From Squalus acanthias (lineage: Eukaryota), in NCBI GenBank assembly GCA_030390025.1, contig CM059453.1, positions 7,874,001 through 7,938,000 of the forward strand: a stretch of 64,000 nucleotides of DNA, read 5' to 3'. Positions 50,034 through 62,790 of this stretch are shown here, piece after piece. How positions within the stretch are numbered: position 1 is the first letter of the stretch; each line of letters begins with the position of its first letter. Both the position numbers and the translations under genes were made by a program. Below the pieces are notes generated by a model. That model ran no database searches. It had not been told where the DNA came from and was given only the letters and a program-made list of their open reading frames with translations.

Positions 50034-51868
50034 GTATGTGTGGTTCCTAATTACTTAAACTATTATTTCAAATAATTCACCCATGAGAGCATTGACCCTG
50101 AATCTCAGCTAAGATTTGTAAAGGGGGGTATTCGAGAGGTTAAGTGCTTCTGTGCCGCAAGTACGGAAGTGTTAAAGGCTCATCTGCCTCTGGTCGCTCT
50201 ATGGCCAGTCTATCGCTGGTCTATCGCCGGCCTATCGCTTCTCCCAGCACCAACAACACCAGAATAGTGGCTGTCTAGCCTTTGCCCCAGTAGCTTTCGC
50301 TTCCATGTTCAAAGCTTTTGTGTTCAAGCATCAAACCAAAACATGAGCACCACATCTAGGCTGACATTGTGGTGGAGTGCGGCATTGTTGGAGATGCCGT
50401 CTTTCACAGCAGACATTTAATCAGAAACAGTATTTGCCTGCTCAACTGGATATGAAAGATCCCATGATAATATTGGTGGAAGAGCAGTGAAGTTCTCCCT
50501 GTGTCACGGCAAACATATGTTCCCCAATCAATCCAGGAAAGCAGCTGGAATACTGTATGCAGTTGTCAATTGTCTTTTTGCTGTTTAAGGCATATTGCTG
50601 TGCTCAAAATGGCTTCCATGTTTGGTTACAAAACTAGTTTCAAATAATAATTCATTGGCTGTGGAATGTTTTGGGGAGATCCTGAGGTAAAGGCACTATA
50701 TAACTGCAAGTTCATTCTTCGGGATTATGTGAATTGAAAGCCAAACAACAAATTGGCTTCCTACAGCATCTTGTAAGAATAGTTGCAAGGGCTTCACAAG
50801 GAAACATAACTCGGGCACCAATTCAAAGAGGCTGATCTATTGAACAGTGATTAAAATCTTGGTCAGAGACGTGGGGTTTAAGGAGGGTCTGAATGGAGCA
50901 GAGGGAAGTGGAGCCGCGGGGGAGACGAAGGAGATGATTCCAGAGTGTGTGGGCTGAGTGATGGAAGGCACGGCCGCCAATGGAGGGTGATCGTAAGTGG
51001 CAAAAAGAGGCTGGAATTACAACATCGGAGATTTCGAACCGGTTCCGATTGTTGCAGGACCAGAGGCCGTTACAGAGCCAGTGTGGGGGCCATTGATAGT
51101 TTTATAAAAATATTAATCTCTTCAATGGTAAGAAAGTAAAGAATGAAGACTTGCATTTATATAGCGCCTTTCACTACCTCAGCACGTCTCAAAGCGCTTT
51201 ATAGCCAATGAAGTCCTTTTGAAGTGTAGTAACTATTATAATGTAGGAAACGCGGCAGTCAATTCATGCACAGCAAGCTCCCACAAACAGCAATGTGATA
51301 ATGACCAAATAATCTGTTGATTGAGGGATAAATATTGGACAAACCACTCGCGTAGAACTCCCCTGCTCTTCCACGAAATAGTGCCATAGGATCTTTTACG
51401 TCTGCCCGAGAAAACATATGTAACCTCGGTCTAACGTCTCATCCGAAAGACGGCACATCCGACAGTGCAGCGCTCCCTTAGTACTGCAGTGGAGGGTAAG
51501 CCTGGATTTTAGTGCTCAAGTCCCTGGAGCTGGACTTTGAACCAACAAACTACTTGACTCAGAGGCAAGAGTGCTATCCACTGATCCACGGCTGAAAAGC
51601 TACCAGCGGGTAGCTGTTAGCAGGAACTCAGCATATTTTTACGTTAGTTGTTAGGGTGTAATAGAAAAACAACGGTATTTGGAGAAACGTGTTATTCTTA
51701 TCTGTCACTCTTTCTTCTGAAGCTGTTTAGTTTCACTATGTTTGATTCAAGGATACTGCCAGAATTTCTAAATTGAAGAAAGGTAGGTTGTTGAATACCA
51801 TCAACAAAGTAACTGGAAGCAAGTGAATTAAAATAAATCGACAATTCAAAAGAAGCAGCTAACTTAAA

Positions 51869-52321
51869 ATAACAACAGAAAACGCTGGAAAAACTCAGCA
51901 GGCCAGGCAGCATCCGTAGAGAGAGAAACAGAGTTAACGTTTCAGGTCGAAGACCTTTCGTCAGAACTGGAAAAAGCAGGAAATGAAATAGATTTAAAGC
52001 AAGGATAAAGCTGGGAAAAGGGGAGGGGATGAAAGAACAAAAGGAGAGATAAAGAGACATTGAGAGATGATCAAGGCAAGAGGAGGTGTTAATGTGACAG
52101 GTTGAGGCTAAAAGAAGTGTGAAATTTACTGGCAGAATGAAGGACAGCTGCCAGCTTCTAGGAGCAAAAAAAAAGGGAGGGAGCCAAACAAAAGGGTGGA
52201 AGAAAAAATAAAATATAAATGTGATAGGGGCTGAGTTTATGATCTGAAATTGTTGAACTCGATGTTGAGTCCAGAGGGCTTTAGGGTGCCTAAACGAAAG
52301 ATGAAGTGCTGTTCCTCGATT
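51869..52321 (-). mobile_element. Penelope-like insertion specific to copy 2, with hammerhead ribozyme motif
   Basis: Flanked by taa(c/t)ttaaa; absent at ~2610. Confidence 0.7.
51932..51968 (-). ncRNA. Minimal type I hammerhead ribozyme motif
   Basis: AGUU-CUGACGA-A-AGGUC-UUC-GACCU-GAAA-CG-UUA-ACU. Confidence 0.65.
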
Positions 52322-52391
52322 TAATTTAAATATATTTTCAATATTCACAGAAGATGTTTGTGTTTGGAAAGACAGAATAGGGTATTGTTAA

Positions 52392-54170
52392 GAACAAAAG
52401 AACATAAGAACATAATAAATAGGAGCAGGAGTAGGTCAATCGGCCCCTCGAGCCTGCTCCGCCATTCAATAAGATCATGGCTGATTTGATCCTAACCTCC
52501 AATCTAAAGAACACAAGAATTAGGAGCACGACCCGGCCACTCAGCCCCTGGGCCCGCCCCGCCACCCACAAGGCCCTGACCGATCCGAACTCAGCCTCAT
52601 GTCCAATTTCTTGCCCGCTCACCGTAACCCCTAATTCCCTTTACTTCTGGGAAACTGTCTATTTCTGTTTTAAATTTATTTAATAATGTAGCTTCCACAG
52701 CTACCTGGGGCAGCAAATTCCATAGACCTACTACCATCTGAGTGAAGAAGTTTCTCCTCATCTCAGTTTTGAAAGAGCAGCCCCTTATTCTAAGATTATG
52801 CCCCCTAGTTCTAGTTTCACCCATCCTTGGGAACATCCTTACCGCATCCACCCGATCAAGCCCCTTCACATTCTTATATGTTTCAATAAGATCGCCTCTC
52901 ATTCTTCTGAACTCCAATGAGTAGTGTCCCAATCTACTCAACCTCTCCTCATATGTACAGCCCCTCATCCCCGGGATTAACCGAGTGAACCTTCTTTGTA
53001 CTGCCTCGAGAGCAAGTATGTCTTTTCTTAAGTATGGACAACAAAACGGTATGCATTATTCCAGGTGCGGTCTCACCAATACCTTATATAACTGCAGCAT
53101 TACCTCCCTGTTTTTAAAATCTATCCCCCTAGCAATGAAAGCCAACATTCCATTGGCCTTCTTGATCACCTGCTGCACCTGCATACTAACTTTTTGATTT
53201 TCTTGCACTAGGACCCCCAGATCCCTTTGTACTGCAGTACTTTCCAGTTTCTCGCCATTAAGATAATAACTTGCTCTCTGATTTTTCCTGCCAAATTGCA
53301 TAACCTCACATTTTCCAATATTGTATTGCATCTGCCGAATCTCCGCCCACTCACCCAGCCTGTCTATATCCCCTTGTACGCTTTTTATGTCCTCCTCACT
53401 TTCTACTTTCCCTCCCATCTTTGTATCATCTGCAAACTTTGATATGTTACACTCGGTCCCCTCCTCCAAATCGTTAATAACGATTGTAAAGAGTTGGGGA
53501 CCCAGCACCGACCCCTGCGGAACACCACTGACTACTGGTTGCCAGTCCGAGAATGAACCATTTATCCCAACTCTCTGCTTCCTGTTAAATAACCAATCCT
53601 CCACCCATGCCAGAATATTACACCCAATCCAGTGATTTTTTATCTTGAGCAATAATCTTTTATATGGCACCTTGTCGAATGCCTTCTGGAAGTCTAAATA
53701 CACTACGTCCACTGGTTCCCCTTTATCCACCATGTACGTTATGTCCTCAAAGAACTCAAGCAAATTTGTCAGACATGACTTCCCCTTCATAAAGCCATGC
53801 TGACTTTGTACTATTAAATTATGTTTATCTAAATGTTCCGTTACTGTCTCCTTAATAATAGACTCCAAAAGTTTACCCACCACAGATGTTAGGCTAACTG
53901 GTCTATAATTACCAGCCTTCTGCCTACTACCCTTTTTAAATAAGGGTGTTACATTAGCAGGTTTCCAATCTGCCGGGACCTTTGCTGAGTCCAGGGAATT
54001 TTGGAAATTTTTTACCAAAGTATCCACAATCCCTACTGCCACTTCCCTCAAGACCCTAAGATGTAAGCCATCAGGTCCAGGGGATTTATCCGCCTTGAGT
54101 CCCATGATTTTACTGAGTACCAATTCCTTAGTGATTTTAATCGTATTTAGCTCCTCCCCCCCCCCCTAGA
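52392..54170 (-). mobile_element. Young CR1 (355-aa RT ORF), specific to copy 2
   Basis: ORF 53056..54123; doubled 3' tail module as in 4192-4841. Confidence 0.92.
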
Positions 54171-54171
54171 G

Positions 54172-55140
54172 CCCTTGTACACGGATCAATGAAAGTTAAC
54201 ATGCAGGTACAGCAAGCAATTAGGAAAGCAAATGGTATGTTTACCTTTATTGCAAGAGGATTTGAGTGTAAGAGTAAAGACGTCTTACTGCAATTATATT
54301 GGGCCCTGGTGAGACCACACCTGGAGTATTGTGTACAGTTTTGTTCTCCTTACATAAGGAAGAATATACTTGCCATAGAGGGAGTGCAACGAAGGTTCAC
54401 CAGACTGGTTCCTGGGATGTGGGGATTGACCTATGAGGAGAGATTGAGTAGACTAGGTCTATATTCTCTAGAGTTCAGAAGAATGAGAGTTGATCACTTT
54501 GTAACTTAGAAAATTCTTACAGTGCTTGACAGGGTAGATGCAGAAAGGTTGTTTCCCCTGGCTGGAGAGTCTAGAACCAGGGATCACAGTCTCAGAATAA
54601 GAGGTCGGCCATTTAGGACTGAGATGAGGAGAAATGTCTTCACTCAGAGGGTGATGAACCTTTGGAATTCTGTACCCAACAGGGCTGTGGAGGCTCAGTC
54701 CTTGAATATATTTAAATGAGAAGTCGCACAACACCAGGTTATAGTCCAACAGATTTATTTAATTTTACAAGCTTTCGAAGCAGTTCGCTCCTTCGTCAGG
54801 TAAGTTAGCAATGAGAGAATCTCCCAGAATAACTTACCTGACGAAGGAGCGAACTGCTGCGAAAGCTTGTAAAATTAAATAAATCTGTTGGACTATAACC
54901 TGGTGTTGTGCGACTTCTCATTTTTGTCCACCCCAGTCCAACGCCGGCATCTCCACATCATGAATATATTTAAGACAGAGATCGATAGATTTTTTGGATA
55001 TTAAGGGAATCAAGGGATATGGCGATAGTGCAGAAAAGTGGAGATGAGGTAGAAGATCAGCCATGATCTTGTTGAATGGCGGAGCAGTATCGAGGGGCCG
55101 AAAGGCCGACTCCTGCTCCTTTTTCTTATGTTCTTATGTT
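54172..55140 (+). mobile_element. CR1 3' fragment (paralog of 2660-3400) interrupted by a palindromic insert
   Basis: ORFs 54189..54509 and 54522..54719. Confidence 0.88.
54716..54960. mobile_element. Palindromic Penelope-like insertion with 13-bp TSD
   Basis: Arms 54716-54807 and 54830-54921; TSD tgaatatatttaa at 54703-54715 and 54961-54973. Confidence 0.82.
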
Positions 55141-55603
55141 CTCTTTCCTCAGGCCCTTGCCTGATAACAACCTCAGCATGGGCAGCAAGTGTATCTCAGT
55201 GAAGTCCAACAGTCCTGTTTGAGTGAAGCTAGTTTTTTAACTGCAATTTCCCATAAGAGAATCAGAAAAAACAATAACAAGCTAAATTTGAAGAAAAATT
55301 GATTCGTTTTAGTCAGAGGAATAGAAAACAGAATCCAGGTTTTCAAACTGACTCAAAAAGGAAATTCCTTTCTCTCGCAGTTGATAACTCCAATGGACTG
55401 GACTTAAGCTATGTAATATGAGGAATGAATGTGTTAACGCACTTTCTCAAAGTCCTGTCTGTAATTATAAAATGTTGATCGCATTTTGCATTAAACCCTT
55501 CCGTCTGCTCTTTAGACAGTTTGTCAAGACAATGTGTGCAAATCGTTTCTGTTGAGCAAGGCATGAAACACTTGTCTGCGACGTAATAGGGTGTTGAAAC
55601 AAT

Positions 55604-56342
55604 GGCCCAAAAATTCGTCCCGCGACGCGAGAGTACGCACTGCATACTCTCGCGTATTCTGTCACCAATTGCCGGTTTTCTGCATGCACTGCGCATGCGC
55701 TGAAAACCGGCTCTTGGTTTTTGGAAAAGGGGGCGGTTCCTCGGTGCACCGCGTGCGCGCTACAGGCTGCGCGCACGCTGTGCACTTAGTGCTTTGGACG
55801 CGCAGGTAAGGACGGAAGATTTTAGAAATGAAAAAAGGAGGAGTAAGAGCCACTTTTAACAAGGTAAGTAGTGAATTAAGTATTATTTTGATTTTTTTTT
55901 AACAGGTATATCTTTTTTAGAGACTTTAAAGACAGGTAAATTTATTTTTATAACTTTTTAAAAGATTTTAAATTTTTTCAAAAATTTAATTTTTTATTTA
56001 AAATGGTTAATTTATTTAACTATACTTATTTTATTAATGTGATGGTTTTTTTAAATTAATTGAGGTTTAGCTGTTATTTTGGGGGGGTGTAAGATTCATA
56101 GCTTTCACAGCACTATGTGAAACTTATGAATGGAAGATGGTGTGCTGCCATTGGCTCTAACTGAGTCACGTGATCCCACAGCTCGCACGAATTCACAGCG
56201 CCGGTGGGATACGCAAGCACTGCCCAGCTGATGTCTAGAACATCAAGTTCGTGCGAGCTGGATCTGAAAAAGCCAACGCGGAGTGAGAGAACGCGGGGAA
56301 GCCTTACCCCCGCGTCAACACTCAGTCTTTAATTTCTGGGCC
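55604..56342 (+). mobile_element. MITE, AAT TSD
   Basis: aat-GGCCC...GGGCC-aat; empty site at ~3852. Confidence 0.9.
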
Positions 56343-56680
56343 AATGTGTGAAACACATGCCTGTCGTTCAAACACAGTCTTAACAAACAGCAACTCTCCC
56401 CCGTCTGATACTTACTCGGTGTGCACGCACTTTACAAAACTCCTCCATTTCCTGTTTAAACAGTATTAACTTAATGTGCGGAATTCCTGTCTACAATTCT
56501 AAAGGAACACTGTGCAGGCTGATCATTCCTCCCAGTGCAGACTGCACCATATCATTCACCAGCTTCATTAGATAGGGAGAACACCTCATTTATACATTTG
56601 GAAGTGTAAGGATAGAAAAGTAACGGGAATCAAATCCTGTCTATGCTAATCAGGAAATGTCAGACAGTCAAGTCACTGAT

Positions 56681-57725
56681 GATTACATAGGATTACATAG
56701 GATATACGGCACAGAAACAAGCCATTCGGCCCAACCAGTCCATGCCGGCGTTTATGCTCCACTCGAGCCTCCTCCCGTCTTTCCTCATCTAACTCTATCA
56801 GCGTAACCCTATATTCACTTCTCCCTCACACGTTTGTCCAGACTCCCCTTAAATGCATCTATACTGTTCGCTTCAACCACTCCCTGTGGTAGCGAGTTCC
56901 ACATTCTCACCTCGTTCTGGGGAAAGAAGTTTCTTCTGAATTCCCTTTTGGATTTCTTGGTGACTATCTTAAATTGAGTCCCTCTAGTAATGCTCTTCCC
57001 TACAAGTGGAAACATTCTCTCTGTATCCACTCTATCAAAATCTTTCATAATTTTAAAGACCTCTACCAGGTCACACCTCAGCCTTCTCTTTTCAAAAGAA
57101 AAGATACCCAGTCTGTTCATCCTTTCCTGATATGTTTAACCTCGCATTTCTGGTATCATCCTTGCAGATCTCCTCTGGACCCTTTCCAGTGCCTCTATAT
57201 CTTTTTAATAATATTGTGGCCAGAACTGCACGCAATACTCCAAGTGTGGTCTAACCAAGGTTCGATACAGGTTTAGCATAACTTCTCTACTTTTCAATTC
57301 TATCCCTCTAGCAATAAACCCTAGTGCTTGGTTTGCATTTGTAATGGCCTTGCTAACCTATTGCGCAACTTTTAGTGATTTGTGTAATTGTAATCCGAGA
57401 TCCCTTTGTTCCTCTGCCCCACCTAGACTCGCACCCTCAATTGATAAGTGACCTCCCTATTCTTCTACCAAAATGTAATACCTCACATTTGTCTGTGTTG
57501 CAATTATTTTATCAATTATTTGCCCATTCTTCGAATTTATTAATGTCCTCCTATATTTTGATGCAGTCCTCCTCAGTGTTGACTATCTCACCAATTTGGT
57601 ATCATCCGCAAATTTAGAAGTTGTTTTTGATTCCAAAATCCAAATCCTTAATGTAAATTGTGAGCAGTCTTGGTCCCAGCACTGATCCTTGTAGAATACC
57701 ACTACCCACCTTCTGCCACTGTGAA
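56681..57725 (-). mobile_element. CR1 fragment (paralog of 4843-5890)
   Basis: ORF 56815..57120. Confidence 0.88.
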
Positions 57726-57829
57726 TGTAGTATGCAGCCGTGGTTCAAAACACGAGCACTGTAAGATTTATTGAATTTATTTTAATCTGTTGTGAGATGT
57801 GCCTTTTTTTTATTTTTTAAAACACTCAG

Positions 57830-57878
57830 GAGGAAGACAAGTGGTACCACTGGTGTCCCCTTAACCAACAATGATTCG
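57830..57878 (+). CDS. Gene C cytoplasmic exon 1 (RRKTSGTTGVPLTNNDS)
   Basis: ctcag|...|gtgagt; phase 2 to 0. Confidence 0.8.
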
Positions 57879-58218
57879 GTGAGTTACTTTGTTGTGTAGA
57901 CCCCGTTTAACACGGAGGTAAGTGAGTGCATGGCAACTGCCCAGCATTCGATGGAGTTACCCCTGTCTGATATTGGCACTGTTTGTAACCTCAGTGAGTC
58001 ACATTAACCATGCAGTTCAACGGGTCAACAGGTGTTCCAGAAAATTGTTTGACTGTGTTTTTAAGGGGTGGAATCAGCAGCTCAAACTACTAACAGAAAG
58101 TGATGTGCTGATCATGTCCTGGTCAATGCATCGTGCATTTTCTCTGTAGTGGATTTCTATTGAATTCAAAGTGGGTCTTAGAGAATCGTTTGTCCATATC
58201 ACTACATTTATTAACCAG

Positions 58219-58287
58219 AATAATGTTTACTCTCCCCTCACCCACGACATTATCTCCGGTGGTTTAAATTATCAACAAGATCGTATA
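58219..58287 (+). CDS. Gene C putative cytoplasmic exon 2 (NNVYSPLTHDIISGGLNYQQDRI)
   Basis: ccag|...|gtatca, 69 nt, YxxL kept; weak donor. Confidence 0.5.
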
Positions 58288-59278
58288 GTATCAGGGGTTT
58301 GAGAGGATCAAATTAAGTGATATTTCTCTGGGATTATCGACATTGTCCACCCTGGATTTAATGGCGCTATTTTACCGCGGGGCGGAAACAGTTCGTGCAG
58401 GGGGCGTGGGTGAGCAATAGGCTCGCATGTCCAAGCCCGGACAGGTATTAAATCCGGGGTCTTAATTCGATATCCAACCCCGACTCCCACCCGATCCCGA
58501 CTGCAATCATTGGCTATAATAAAAGCTGAAAATGCAGGAAATACTCAGCAAGTCGGGCAGCATCTGTAGAGAGAGAAACACATGTAATGTTTCAGGTCGA
58601 TGACCTTTCATCAGAACTGGAAAAAAGTTGAAGATGGAACCGGTTTTAAGCAAGTTCAGGGGCAGAGAAAGGGGGAGGGGAGGTAACGATAAAAGTGAAG
58701 GTTTGTGATAGGGTGGAAGGCAGGAGAGATTACATGACAAAAGAGATGATGGTGCGAGGCAAAATGAGATGGTAATGGGACAAGTGAAGGAACATAAGTT
58801 GGGCCGAGAGGAGGTGAAAATGGCAACAGCAGAACCATTGCCAAAAACTGCTGTCCGAAACAATGGGGGCAGTGGTGATGATCTGAAATTGTTAAACTCG
58901 GTGTTGAGTCCAGAAGGCTGGAAAGTGCCTATTCGAAAGATGAGGTGCTGTTCCTCGAGTTTCCATTGAGTTTCATTGGAACAGTGTAGGAGGCTGAGGA
59001 CAGAGAGGTCAGGGTGGGAGTGGAGCGGAGAATTATACTCAGGCTATCCCCCGCAACTGCCCCCTGCTGTCGGGTAATGTTGAGGAGTGGGGAATACTAT
59101 CGGCGCGACGGTACTCAGGGCCAGGGGAAGCCCAAGGTTTCCTTTTAGGGACAGAAGGAGCTCAATAGGACAATTAGAACGGTACCAGAGACGGAATAAA
59201 GCGGGTTATTCTGGTACAGGAAGCGCACTGTCACCCGGTTCAGTATCTCCACATCTAATACACTACTTTCTGTTATAG

Positions 59279-59398
59279 AGACAAGACATGTATGGAGACA
59301 CTGATGTGAAAGGGACTCCATCAAACCGGTCAGCTCAAAGTGAAGAGGTCCTGTATGCCGCTGTCAGTTTTTCAAAAGTTCACAAGATAGAGCAATAG
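59279..59398 (+). CDS. Gene C terminal exon with ITIM VLYAAV; premature TAG before SEYAAI
   Basis: TAT to TAG at 59396-59398; ancestral frame continues to TGA at 59444-59446. Confidence 0.85.
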   Translation, partial: RQDMYGDTDVKGTPSNRSAQSEEVLYAAVSFSKVHKIEQ

Positions 59399-62300
59399 CT
59401 CCAGAACGAGGAGACAAGTGAATACGCCGCAATTAAATTTAAATGAAATCCACTATTCTGACAGATGGAATCTATCAATATCAACACGACTGTTGTTATG
59501 ACTTAGAATAGGAATTTCACATTCCAGGAATTACGTTGTGAATGGACATCTATCAGAGATTAATTGCTATGATTTCAATTCTCTTTGTGAGAAGATTTGA
59601 TTTCCAATCCCAAACGAGTTTCTGTTGCAAGCCTTTGTCTGAAATTGAGCAATAAGCAATATTTAACTCAATGTAATTTTAAACTATTTTATCTGCTTTA
59701 ATAAAACAACCTCTCAGCTTCTATCCTGTCAATCCCCTTCGGAATATTTTGTTTCAATGAGTTCACCTCTCATTCTTCTAAACTCCAGAGTGTCTAGTCC
59801 CATTCTACACAATCTCTCATCATAGGACAGCCCTCTCATCCCAGGAATCAATCTGGTAAACCTTCGTTGCACTGACTCCAAGGCAAGTATATCCTTCCTT
59901 AGATAATGAGACCAAAACTGTACACAGTACTCCAGGTGTGGTCTCAGCAAGGCCCTGTACAATTGTAGCAAGACTTCCTTACTCTTACACACCAACCCCT
60001 TGCAATAAAGGCCAACATGCCATTTGCCTTCCTTATTGCTTGCTGTACCTGCATGCTATCTTTCTGTGTTTCTTGCACGAGGACACCCAATCTCTCTGAA
60101 CACCAGTATTTAAATGTTCTGCACCATTTAAAAAATATTCTGTTTTTCTATTCTTCCTACCAAAGTGAATAACCTCACATGTCACTGCATTATACTCCAT
60201 CTGCCACCTTACTGCCCACTCACTTAGACTATCTATATCCCTTTGCCGACTCTTTGATTTCTCCTCACAGCTAAATGCTCCACCTAGCTTTGTATCGTCA
60301 GCAAACTTGGATACATTACACTCATGCCCTTCATGTAGGTCGTATATATATATTGTAAATAGTAGAGGCCCCAACACTGATCCGGATTGAGCAATCTGTA
60401 CGAGGCTCCTTTGATTACGTCACTGTACTCTGCAATGGAAGACAGCAGTTGACCCTTAACCTCAGCTGTATGCCAGCAATTGCACAAGCCTCTTATCTCG
60501 TGCAGGCAGATCTCATCTGAACTGATTCTGTTTCTCAATCTAATGATTAAGGTCGACGTGGCTTACTTGAGATTCCGATTGAGTCCAGAATTGGTTCAAA
60601 CTGATCAAATTAAAGGGACTTGTTCATGTAGATAAAATATGGTAATATTGTTTCATGCAGCATTGACACTCGAATGTAAAAGCTGAAGCCACACTTCCCA
60701 GATCCAGCATTGAAATGAGAAAACAATCATAAAAGGGTCACTGTGGCAACTGGGATATGAATGAGTTAATTTCACCAAATGTCATATCGCTGAAGTGTGA
60801 ATATATACAGTTGAGGTCACTTCGAAAAATGGAAGTTTACCGTGTGAAACTGTCAAACTATTTTGACCCTTTGACATTTCAGCCTGCTGAAGGTGATAAA
60901 CTCACATGTCTGCAGAGAGCGGCTACAGAACAAACCACAGCATCTCGTTCACAGCACATTGGCAGCCAAGTACCTAAACATGTGAGAGATATGAGGTTAA
61001 AGTGTGCGCACGAGGCTATTTTAGATATTCGAATCATAAATGTTAGTTCCTGTCCTGTAACTGTGTAGCTGATGAGGGGGGAGGAGGGGTAATTCTCTGT
61101 TCGGGAGTCTTTGGCATTATGTTGATATCATCATAGCAAACGTAATAACGATATTTAAGAAGGGGGATAGAACATTTCAAGGGAATTATAGACCAGTCAG
61201 CTTAACATCGGTGGGAGAAAAATAATGGAATCCCTACTTAAGGAGAAAATGGAAGAACATCTGGAAACCAAAAATATAATAATGAATGGTCAGCATGGAT
61301 TTCAACAGGGAAAGTCTTGCTTGACCAACTTTATTGAATTTTTTGAAGAGGTAACTGCGAGAGTAGACAATTGCAATGCAGTAGATGTAATTTATCTGGA
61401 TTTTCAAAAGGCCTTCGATAAGGTACCCCATAATAGACAGATGAACAAGGTCAGCGAATCTGGAGTCAGGGGACAAGTAGCAGATGGGATTGCTATCTGG
61501 ATTCAGAACAAACAGCAGAGAATAGGAGTAAAGGGCAGCTATTCACAGTGGCAGCAGGTGGGTAGTGGTGTGCCACAAGGATCAGTGCTGCGAACACTGC
61601 TGATCAAAATTTCCATTAACGATTTAGACTTTGGAATCAAAAACATTTTCTAAATTTGCAGATGACACCAAATTGGGGGGGATAGTCAATACTGAGGAGG
61701 ACTGCAACAAATTACAGGAGGACATTAATAAACTTACAGAATGGCCAAATAATTGGCAAATGAAGTTCAAAACAGATCAACGTGAGGAATTACATTTTGT
61801 TAGGAAGAATAGGGAGGTCACTTATTACTTGGATGGTGTGAGTCTAGGAGGGGTAGAGGAACAAAGGGATCTCGGAGTACAAATACACAAATCACTAAAA
61901 GTTGTGCCACAGGTTAGCAAGGCCATAAAAAGCAAAATCAAGCACAACGCTTTATGGATTGTTTCTAGAGGGATAGAATTGAAAAGTAGGGAAGTTATGC
62001 TAAACCTGTAGGTGCAGAGAAGATTTACAAGGATGATACCAGAAATGCAAGGGTATACCTATCAGGAAAGGATGAACAGGCTGGGTCTCTTTTCTCTTGA
62101 GAAAAGAAGGCTGAGGGTGACCTAATAGAGGACTTTAAAATGATGAAAGGTTTTGAGGAAGTGGATACAGAGAGAATGTTTCCACTTGTGGGAAAGAGCA
62201 TAACTAGAGGCCATCAATATAAGATAGTCACCAAGAAATCCAATAGGGAATTCAGAAGAAACGTCTTTAACTAAAGCGTGGTGAGAATGTGGAACTCGCT

Positions 62301-62753
62301 ACTACAGGGAGTGGTTGAAGCGAATAGTATGGATGCATTTAATGGGAGGCTAGACAAGCATATGAGGGAGAAGGGAACAGAGGGTTTTGCTGACAGATTT
62401 AGGTGAGCAAAGATGGGAGGAGGCTGGAGTGGAATATAAACGCCGGCAGGGTCTGGTTGGGCCGAATGGCCTGTTTCTGTGCCGTATATCCTATGTGATC
62501 CTATGTAATCATCAGTAAATCTGAACATGTTCACAGACATATTCGAATTGTCCGAGAGTGACAACAGATATGTTCACTAACAGTGAAGGAGTTTCACAAC
62601 CTATGTGAGGTAACACGGTTGCCAATGATTGGTGGATTTCCAACAGTTGATATCCCGATGCTCTTATACAATAGATGACCGGCGAGCTGAATCCAGCACC
62701 GTGATTAGTCTTAGACTGAGAATGTTGTTATACATCGTGAACTCTCTGCAGTG

Positions 62754-62790
62754 ATGAAGTTTATTTCACTCCTCCTGATATTTTCCGAAT
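62754..62790 (+). pseudogene. Second copy of the orphan signal-peptide exon (MKFISLLLIFSE)
   Basis: Duplicate of 10903-10939; |gtaaaa donor. Confidence 0.6.

Noticed and set aside
39667-59398. Assigning the symbol MAG, CD22 or SIGLEC1
   Set aside because: Domain count and sequence do not allow an orthology call without phylogeny
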